Below are positions 25,484 through 31,627 of a stretch of 31,627 bases of DNA, piece after piece. The position numbers were made by a program, and so were the translations under genes. Under the pieces are notes generated by a model that did not search any database, was not told where the DNA came from, and saw nothing but the letters and a program-made list of their open reading frames with translations. Positions within the stretch are counted from its first letter, which is position 1. Each line of letters starts with the position of its first letter. This stretch comes from Candidatus Deferrimicrobiaceae bacterium (GTDB lineage Bacteria > Desulfobacterota > Deferrimicrobia > Deferrimicrobiales > Deferrimicrobiaceae), in assembly GCA_035763765.1 (NCBI GenBank), contig DASUAN010000342.1, forward strand, positions 1 through 31,627. The letters run 5' to 3'.

Positions 25484-27100
25484 CTAGGCGTTCGACCGGT
25501 TGGTGATCGGCATCCGGCGGTCCTTGCCCAGCGCCCGCGGGGTGATCTTGACCCCCGGCGGCGCCTGGCGCCGCTTGTACTCGCTCCCGTCGACGAGGGA
25601 GACGACGCGGCGGACGACCTCTTCCGGGTACCCGGCCGCAACCATCTCGTGGACGCTGCGATCCTTCTCCACGTACATCTTCAAGATCGGATCGAGGATC
25701 CCGTATTCGGGGAGCGCGTCCGAATCTTTCTGGTCGGGCCGAAGCTCCGCCGACGGCGGACGCGTGAGCACCCGTTCGGGGATGAGGTCGCGGCCGCATC
25801 TGCGGTTGTAGTGGCGCGCGAGCCGGTAGACGCTCGTCTTGAACAGGTCCTTGATCACGGCGAACCCTCCGGCCATGTCGCCGTAGAGGGTCGCGTACCC
25901 GACGCTCATCTCGCTCTTGTTCCCCGTGGTGAGCACGAGGTGGCCGAACTTGTTGGAGAGGGCCATGAGGATCGTGCCGCGGATGCGGGCCTGGATGTTC
26001 TCCTCCGTCGTGTCGGCGGGATACCCCCGGAAGGACTCCGAGAGCTCCTCCCCGAAGGTCCGGAAAATCTCGCCGATGGAGAGGTCGAGGCACCGGATGC
26101 CCAGATTCCCCGCGAGGGCATGGGCATCTTCGACGCTGATCGCGGCCGTGTACGGAGACGACAGCGTGATCCCGAGGACGCGCTCCGGCCCCACCGCCTC
26201 CTTCGCGATCGCGGCAACCAGGGAGGAGTCGATCCCCCCGGAGAGCCCGATGATCACCCCGGGGAACCGGTTCTTTTCCACGTAGTCGCGCGTGCCCAGG
26301 ACGAGCGCGGCGAAGATCTCCTCCTCCTCCTGCGGCAGGGGGGCGATCCGCCCCCCCTCCTTCTCCCCGTCCACGTCGCAAAGGAGGAGCTCCTCCTCGA
26401 ACATCTTCGCCCGCGCCAGAAGGTTCCCCCTCGCCGAGACGACCATGCTTCCCCCGTCGAAGACGAGCTCGTCCTGCCCCCCCACGAGGTTGCAGTAGGC
26501 GACCGGGCACCGGGAGGCGGAGGCGTGCCCGGCCACCACCTCCCTCCGCGTCTCCCATTTCCCCGCATGGTACGGCGAAGACGACAGGTTGAGGACCAGC
26601 CGCGCTCCCGCCTTCGCTTCCCGGCGAAGAGGGCCCCGCCGAACCCAGATGTCCTCGCACACCGTGACGCCGATGGCGGACCGCCCTGCGGGAAAGATCA
26701 TCGGCTCCCGCCCCGGGGAAAAATACCGGAGTTCGTCGAAGACGCCGTAATTGGGGAGATGCCTCTTGCGGTACACTCCGCGCACGCGTCCCCCCGACGC
26801 GATCCCCGCCGCGTTGTAGTGCCTTCCCTTCGCATCGCGGTCCACGAATCCGACCACCGCGGTGATCCCCTGCACCCGGCGGGCGATCTCCTTCCAGGCC
26901 GAACCGTTCTTCTCGATGAAGGAGACGCGCAGGAGCAGGTCCTCGGGAGGGTAGCCGGTGATCGCCAGCTCCGGGAAGACGACGATCGCGGCGCCCGCCT
27001 CCCTGGCCCGGGAGACGTACTCGAGGATCTTTCGGGTGTTCCCCCCGATGTCTCCCACGGTCGTATTGATCTGCGCCAGCGCGATGCGGAGCGGTTTCAT
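25484..27100 (-). CDS. nadE: Glutamine-dependent NAD+ synthetase
   Basis: N-terminal nitrilase domain with E-K-C triad ([26 protein letters not shown]) fused to a synthetase domain ([48 protein letters not shown]). Confidence 0.97.
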   Translation of the reverse strand: MKPLRIALAQINTTVGDIGGNTRKILEYVSRAREAGAAIVVFPELAITGYPPEDLLLRVSFIEKNGSAWKEIARRVQGITAVVGFVDRDAKGRHYNAAGIASGGRVRGVYRKRHLPNYGVFDELRYFSPGREPMIFPAGRSAIGVTVCEDIWVRRGPLRREAKAGARLVLNLSSSPYHAGKWETRREVVAGHASASRCPVAYCNLVGGQDELVFDGGSMVVSARGNLLARAKMFEEELLLCDVDGEKEGGRIAPLPQEEEEIFAALVLGTRDYVEKNRFPGVIIGLSGGIDSSLVAAIAKEAVGPERVLGITLSSPYTAAISVEDAHALAGNLGIRCLDLSIGEIFRTFGEELSESFRGYPADTTEENIQARIRGTILMALSNKFGHLVLTTGNKSEMSVGYATLYGDMAGGFAVIKDLFKTSVYRLARHYNRRCGRDLIPERVLTRPPSAELRPDQKDSDALPEYGILDPILKMYVEKDRSVHEMVAAGYPEEVVRRVVSLVDGSEYKRRQAPPGVKITPRALGKDRRMPITNRSNA

Positions 27101-27186
27101 GTCCCCATTCTCCCGGAAACGGACCCGGGGGGGAAGAGGAGGAGCGCCGGGTGGAAAAATTCGCCCCCCCGGGTATAGTACCCTGT

Positions 27187-28353
27187 ATGCCCCACCCTCT
27201 CTACGACCGGAACTATTTCCTGCTGAACACCTCGAACTTCCTCTATTCCCTCTATGCGACCATGTTCATCTTCCTCCCGGCGTTCCTGTACACGCTCTCC
27301 ATCCGGGAGGGACAGATCGGGCTCATCATGGCCACGGGAACGCTCGTCTCCGTCTCCCTCAAGCCGGTCAACGGTCTCTTCGTGGACCGGGGCGGGCGCA
27401 CGGCGTTCCTCATCTCCGGAGCGCTGCTCGCCTCCGCCTCCACCATCCCGTGGCTCTTCGTCCGGGAGGGAGGCGCGCATCTGTTCGCCATCCGCATCTT
27501 CCAGGGAGCCGCGTACTCGTTCTTCGCCACCGCTTCGTACGCCTACATCGCCGCGGCCGCCCCCGCCGACCGCCGGGGGGAAGCGCTCGGCGTCTTCGGC
27601 CTCTCCTTCTTCATTCCCACGGCGCTCGGCGGCTGGCTCGGGGAGTGGATGATCGGGAAGGCGGGGTTCCACGGCCTTTTCCTGTCCGCCGTCGTCATCG
27701 CCTTTTTGGCGGGGCTTCTTCCCCTGGGGATGTCGGAACCGAAGCGTTCCTCCCACCTCCCGGTGGCCTCGCTTTTGGACTTCCTTTCCCGGAGGTACTT
27801 CATCCCGAACTCGGCGGCGTTTCTCTTCGGAATCGCCTACGGATCGATCTTCACCTTCCTTCCCGTCTTCCTCCTGATCCGCCGGATCTCCTCGATCGGA
27901 ATCTTCGTCGTCGCCTACGCGCTGACCGTCGTCGGAACACGGACGCTCGGAAGGAAACTTTCCGACCGTCTCCCCCGCGAGCGCCTGAGCCTGCTCTCGC
28001 TCCTGCTTCTGGGGATGGGCATCCTCTCGATCCCGTTCGTGGGGGGGCCTGTCGGGCTCGTCTTCGTGGCCGTCGTCTCGGGGACGGGGCACGGATTCCT
28101 CTTCCCCTCGCTCTCGGCGCTCATCCTCGACCGGGCGGGGAAGGAGAAGGGGGGGATGGCGATGGCGATGTTCACGGGGGCCTTCGACATGGGACTGGTG
28201 GTCGGCGCGGCGGCATTCGGGTTCGTGGCCGAGCACCTCGGGTACCGGACGATGTTCTTCTCGGCCGCCGGATTCACCGTGGCGGGCGCGGTTTTCTTCT
28301 TTACGCAGGATCCGTCGTTCCGGAGAGCATCGCCTCGCGGACCCGGGCCATGA
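27187..28353 (+). CDS. Major facilitator superfamily transporter
   Basis: About 12 TM segments; motif A-like GLFVDRGGR and LSDRLPR; RRGEALG. Alternative start GTG 27151 has an SD (GAGGAGGAG); ATG 27187 sits 7 nt after TATAGT. Confidence 0.88.
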   Translation: MPHPLYDRNYFLLNTSNFLYSLYATMFIFLPAFLYTLSIREGQIGLIMATGTLVSVSLKPVNGLFVDRGGRTAFLISGALLASASTIPWLFVREGGAHLFAIRIFQGAAYSFFATASYAYIAAAAPADRRGEALGVFGLSFFIPTALGGWLGEWMIGKAGFHGLFLSAVVIAFLAGLLPLGMSEPKRSSHLPVASLLDFLSRRYFIPNSAAFLFGIAYGSIFTFLPVFLLIRRISSIGIFVVAYALTVVGTRTLGRKLSDRLPRERLSLLSLLLLGMGILSIPFVGGPVGLVFVAVVSGTGHGFLFPSLSALILDRAGKEKGGMAMAMFTGAFDMGLVVGAAAFGFVAEHLGYRTMFFSAAGFTVAGAVFFFTQDPSFRRASPRGPGP

Positions 28354-29023
28354 GGTCCGGGATGTCCGACGTGGTGCGGCCCCGGGTTTCGATCGGGGGG
28401 AAGATCTCGACCGTGACGGTCCCGGGCCGGATGCGCAGCGAGTCCGCAGCCACGACCTCGCGGCTGCCCGAGACCCGCACGGGGACGATCGGCAGCCCTA
28501 CCTGCAGGGCCATCCAGAACCCCCCCTTCTTGAACGGCTGCAGGCTCCCGTCCCGGCTGCGCGTCCCTTCCGGGTAGATCATCACCGAGTTGTTGCCGGA
28601 CATCCCGGAAAGCGCCTCGGCCAGGGCCGCCTTCGACCGTTCCGGATCCGACCGGTCGACCATCACCTGGCCGCAGGAGAGCAGGAACCACCCGAAGACG
28701 GGGATCTTCGACAGCTCCTTTTTAAACACCCAATGGAGCGGATGGGGAATGACCAGGGCAAGGGCGGGCGAATCGGCGTGGCTCACGTGGTTGGACATGA
28801 ACAGATACGACTTTCCGGGATCGATGTTCGACAGGCCCCGCCCCTTCACCCGGATCCCGAAGAACCCCAGGGCGATCCGGGCATAGGTCCGGGAAACCAC
28901 CCGGAAGAGCATTCCCTTCAGGCGTTTCCCCGGCAGTAGCAGGGCCAGAAGGATGCCCGGCAGGCCCATCACGAGCGTCAAGAGGCCCAGGAGGGCCAGT
29001 TGCACGGCGTTGAGAAGGATCAT
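28301..29023 (-). CDS. plsC: 1-acyl-sn-glycerol-3-phosphate acyltransferase
   Basis: NHVSHAD (HX4D), FKKEL, VDR, YPEGTRS, FKKGGF; ATG overlaps the nth stop; 3' end overlaps the convergent MFS gene by 53 nt. Confidence 0.92.
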   Translation of the reverse strand: MILLNAVQLALLGLLTLVMGLPGILLALLLPGKRLKGMLFRVVSRTYARIALGFFGIRVKGRGLSNIDPGKSYLFMSNHVSHADSPALALVIPHPLHWVFKKELSKIPVFGWFLLSCGQVMVDRSDPERSKAALAEALSGMSGNNSVMIYPEGTRSRDGSLQPFKKGGFWMALQVGLPIVPVRVSGSREVVAADSLRIRPGTVTVEIFPPIETRGRTTSDIPDLMARVREAMLSGTTDPA

Positions 29024-29778
29024 CGGGCGGACGGCCTTCGTTTTCCTCCGTCCCGTTTCCCCTCCGGGCACACGGGCAGGAGCGGACACTGTGCGTGGAG
29101 CGGGTTCCTCGGGCGGCAGACCTGTCGACCGAGCCGGATCAGGTTCAGGTGGAGCGGCACGTGCTCGCCCTCCGGGACGTGCGGCTCGAGGAGGAGCGCC
29201 GCCCGGGAGAGATCGGACCCGTCCGGGACGAGCTCGAGACGCTTCGCCACCCGCAGGATGTGCGTGTCCACGGGGAACGCCATCCGCCCGAAGGAGAACA
29301 GAAGCAGGACGTTCGCCGTCTTCACCCCGACGCCCGGCAGGGAGGTCAGGTAGGCGCGCGCCTCGGGAAGCGGCACGTCCCGAAGGAATGCGAGGGAATA
29401 CTCCCCGCACTCCCGCTTCAGCCGGGCGAGCGCTTCCAGGATCGCCTTCGCCTTCGCCTTCGCCAGCCCCCCGACCCGGATCGCCTTCTCCACCTCCGCG
29501 GGCTTCGCCGCGGCGAGAAGGGAAAGGTCCGGGAAGCGCCCGGTCAGGGAGGCGAACGCCCGGTCTCGGTTCGTGTCGGTCGTGTTTTGCGAGAGGATCG
29601 TGAGGATCAGGTTCCGTACCGGGTCCTCTTCGTGAGCGCACCGGTTAGGACTTCCGTAACGCTTCGCAAGGCGGCGCGAGAGGTCCGCGAGCCGGGCCCG
29701 CAGGGACCCTCCCCCCCCGGCAGCGCGGCGCGATCCCTTCCCTCGCCGGTCCGGCGCCTCCGGAAGCGTGTTCTCCAC
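29020..29778 (-). CDS. nth: Endonuclease III family HhH-GPD DNA glycosylase
   Basis: ILSQNTTDTN, HhH LPGVGVKTANV (catalytic Lys), PVDTH (catalytic Asp), Fe-S loop C-x6-H-x2-C-x5-C; start uncertain (GTG 29778 chosen). Confidence 0.88.
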   Translation of the reverse strand: MENTLPEAPDRRGKGSRRAAGGGGSLRARLADLSRRLAKRYGSPNRCAHEEDPVRNLILTILSQNTTDTNRDRAFASLTGRFPDLSLLAAAKPAEVEKAIRVGGLAKAKAKAILEALARLKRECGEYSLAFLRDVPLPEARAYLTSLPGVGVKTANVLLLFSFGRMAFPVDTHILRVAKRLELVPDGSDLSRAALLLEPHVPEGEHVPLHLNLIRLGRQVCRPRNPLHAQCPLLPVCPEGKRDGGKRRPSAR

Positions 29779-29783
29779 GACGG

Positions 29784-30047
29784 TCAGCCGCCCTCCTCTC
29801 CGGAAAGACGACCGGCGAGGAAGAGACCTTCCCGGGTCAGGCGCACGGCGGGCTGCAGTTCCCAATATTCGATCAGGCCCTTTTTCCGCAACCCTCGGAC
29901 GGCTTCTTCCAATTCGTGCCGCTCGAGTCCCGCCTCGTCATCGAGTCCTTTCAGGCCCGGCGTAGCCGCCGGCCCGATCTCCCGGTAGAACTGGAGAAGA
30001 CAGGAAAGGAGCTTCGATTCCGCCTTGGAGAGACTGCTCCCGGTCAA
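29784..30047 (-). CDS. Small hypothetical protein with a winged-helix-like pattern (87 aa)
   Basis: TTG start overlapping the lapA-like stop; ELEEAVRGLRKKGLIEY...VRLTREG resembles a wHTH recognition helix plus wing; fills the operon gap exactly. Confidence 0.6.
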   Translation of the reverse strand: MTGSSLSKAESKLLSCLLQFYREIGPAATPGLKGLDDEAGLERHELEEAVRGLRKKGLIEYWELQPAVRLTREGLFLAGRLSGEEGG

Positions 30048-30322
30048 GGAACGGGGGGGGGAGAGGCAGGGGGCTGCGCCTTCCTGGAGGCGGCCAGATC
30101 GGATTCGAGCTCCCGGATCCGCCGCTTCCGCCGGAAGGCGGCCGGAATCCCGGGGAGAATTCCGACGAGAACGCCGACCCCGAAGGAAGCGACGATGACC
30201 ACCAAGATGGAGGTGGATCCGGAATAGTTGAAAAAGGAGACCGTGACGATCCCGGGGTTCTGGATCGCGAAGACGGCGACGAGCCCGAGCAGGATGACGA
30301 GCACGACGAGAACGAGGCGCAT
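30044..30322 (-). CDS. LapA/DUF1049 family small membrane protein
   Basis: VFAIQNPGIVTVSFFNY...LVVIVASFGVGVLVG...RRIRELE matches the family pattern. Confidence 0.85.
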   Translation of the reverse strand: MRLVLVVLVILLGLVAVFAIQNPGIVTVSFFNYSGSTSILVVIVASFGVGVLVGILPGIPAAFRRKRRIRELESDLAASRKAQPPASPPPVP

Positions 30323-30331
30323 GGCAGGCGA

Positions 30332-30340
30332 ATTATACCA
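30332..30340 (-). promoter_or_regulatory. Extended -10 promoter (TG-G-TATAAT) 9 nt upstream of the lapA-like ATG
   Basis: Minus strand reads GTGGTATAATTCGCCTGCCATG; no SD between the -10 and the ATG. Confidence 0.65.
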
Positions 30341-30407
30341 CGGACAGGGAACCGGGAAAGTCGATTTTCCCCGGCCGGGCCACGCTCGGGTGCAACCCTT
30401 CGGGGGT

Positions 30408-31403
30408 CTAGACCGCTTCTCCTCCGGGCGGTCGGACCGCCCGCTTTTTCTCGCGCACCGTAAGCTTTCGGATCTCCGCAAGGACCAGCTCGCACTTTTC
30501 CACTCCCGGGCATTCCAAATCGCACGGGTCGAGGTGGGTCACCACGTGGGCTCCGTCCAGCGCCTCCGACACCTCCATCTCGAGGTGGTCGGCCACCCGG
30601 TGGGCGTCCTGGAGGAGATACTGGCGGCAGACGACCACGTGGAAGTCCACGTGTTTCTCCGATCCGGAGCGACGCGTCCGAAGGGCGTGGTAATCCACGA
30701 CGAGGGGGCGATGGCTGTCGATGATGTCCCGGATCCGTTCCACGGTTTCCGGGGGAAGGCTGCGATCGACGAGGTCCTCCAGCGCCTCCCGGAAAATGGG
30801 ATAGGCCGCGCTGACGATGTAGATGCCCACCGCGACGGCAACCCCGGGATCCAGCCACTTCCATCCGCTGACCCGGTACAGGAGGAGGGATGCGAAGATC
30901 CCCCCCCCCGAAAAAACGTCCGTCCGGAAGTGGAGCGAGTCCGCCTTGAGCGCACTCGAGCCGGTCTCCTCGCCCGCCTTCCGGATCCGCTCGGAAATGA
31001 ACCAGGAAGCGACGACCGACAGCCCCATGACGACCAGGCCGATGTCCACCGAAAGGGGGACGACGCCCGCCCGCAGCCGGCGGATCCCCTCCCAGACGAT
31101 CCACATCCCCGTCAGGGCGACGAACACCGACATGAAGACCGTTCCGAGCGTCTCCATCTTCCCGTGGCCGTACGGGTGGGAGGAATCGGCGGGCTCCATC
31201 GACTTCCGGATGGACAGGTAGTTCACCCCGGACATGAGAATGTCCGCGAGGTTGTCGAAGGCGGAAGAGAGGACCCCGAGCGACCCCGTGGCGACCCCGA
31301 CGAAGAGTTTGGTCACGGCGAGAACGACCGCGCTTCCGACCGAAAAGCGCGCCGTCGAGATCCGCTTCCGACCCTTTTCGTCCTTGGTCCGCACGGCCCC
31401 CAT
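30408..31403 (-). CDS. Cation diffusion facilitator family transporter (FieF/YiiP-like)
   Basis: Site-A residues DNLAD (TM2) and HFRTD (TM5), HPYGHGKME, C-terminal domain HVDFH...DAHRVADHLE...VTHLDP. Confidence 0.93.
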   Translation of the reverse strand: MGAVRTKDEKGRKRISTARFSVGSAVVLAVTKLFVGVATGSLGVLSSAFDNLADILMSGVNYLSIRKSMEPADSSHPYGHGKMETLGTVFMSVFVALTGMWIVWEGIRRLRAGVVPLSVDIGLVVMGLSVVASWFISERIRKAGEETGSSALKADSLHFRTDVFSGGGIFASLLLYRVSGWKWLDPGVAVAVGIYIVSAAYPIFREALEDLVDRSLPPETVERIRDIIDSHRPLVVDYHALRTRRSGSEKHVDFHVVVCRQYLLQDAHRVADHLEMEVSEALDGAHVVTHLDPCDLECPGVEKCELVLAEIRKLTVREKKRAVRPPGGEAV

Positions 31404-31472
31404 GGAAACTCCCCGCGTCGCCGGCTCCGAAGCCGCTCCCGACCTTGCCGGCATCGGGACGCGATGGCGCGA

Positions 31473-31502
31473 TTGACAGTCTTCGGATACCTTTGCAAGA
31501 AT
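31473..31502 (+). promoter_or_regulatory. sigma70-type promoter for ilvE
   Basis: Perfect TTGACA (31473-31478), 18-nt spacer, AAGAAT (31497-31502). Confidence 0.55.
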
Positions 31503-31531
31503 AGCACATCAAATTCTCGGGGAGGGCCGCC

Positions 31532-31627
31532 GTGGTCCCCAAGACGAAAAAGATCTGGCTGGACGGGAAATTCGTCGACTGGGAGGCCGCCCAGGTCCAC
31601 GTCCTCTCCCACACGCTGCACTACGGC
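31532..31627 (+). CDS. ilvE: Branched-chain amino acid aminotransferase, N-terminal 32 codons (truncated by window end; not in the ORF track)
   Basis: GTG start after SD GGGGAGGG; translation [32 protein letters not shown] is the characteristic IlvE N-terminus. Confidence 0.9.
   Translation, partial: MVPKTKKIWLDGKFVDWEAAQVHVLSHTLHYG

Noticed and set aside
342-31614. Many long antisense or alternate-frame ORFs (e.g. 342..1955, 2571..4055, 7348..8715, 10254..12338, 12542..13969, 17822..19606, 29938..31614)
   Set aside because: They shadow well-supported genes, are Arg/Gly/Pro-rich with no family motifs, and are expected from stop-codon scarcity in high-GC DNA
423-31627. liv transporter and ilvE in the same window as a branched-chain amino acid supercluster
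   Set aside because: They are ~26 kb apart with unrelated genes on both strands between them
1-31627. CRISPR arrays, IS elements, phage genes, rRNA
   Set aside because: No regularly spaced repeats, transposase/integrase/phage motifs or rRNA-like sequence seen

Overview
GC-rich bacterial chromosomal segment of mostly housekeeping genes. Gene content suggests a deltaproteobacterium-like (Desulfobacterota/Myxococcota-type) anaerobe or facultative anaerobe; this is inference only. I found no integrase, transposase, prophage gene or CRISPR array. In order: a livKHMGF-type ABC transporter behind a ~420-nt structured upstream region; three small Cys-bearing ORFs abutting the 3' end of tRNA-Asn(GTT); a minus-strand run corA-cupin-FAD oxidoreductase-PaaI thioesterase-polytopic membrane protein; an M48/TPR lipoprotein protease; a heme cluster (AhbD/NirJ-like radical SAM-hemE-hemH-hemY); a multi-Fe-S protein and yjbQ; a secreted 7-repeat beta-propeller with a GGxGGC-TM-RR C-terminal sorting signal; an NDUFA9-like SDR, FmdB zinc ribbon, LOG protein, alpha/beta hydrolase, RqcH/NFACT, PIG-L deacetylase, DinB, glutamine-dependent nadE and an MFS transporter; a lapA-like/wHTH/nth/plsC operon; a CDF transporter; and the first 32 codons of ilvE. 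Best leads: (i) a heme pathway that appears to use an AhbD-like radical SAM in place of HemN/HemF/ChdC, together with a protoporphyrin-type (NMGGP) ferrochelatase; (ii) the liv upstream region, with a switchable three-way junction, an SD-sequestered uORF and repeats; (iii) an endonuclease III whose second Fe-S Cys is a His; (iv) the sorting-signal propeller and the Cys-rich islet at the tRNA. All family calls come from motif recognition by eye; no database search was run.
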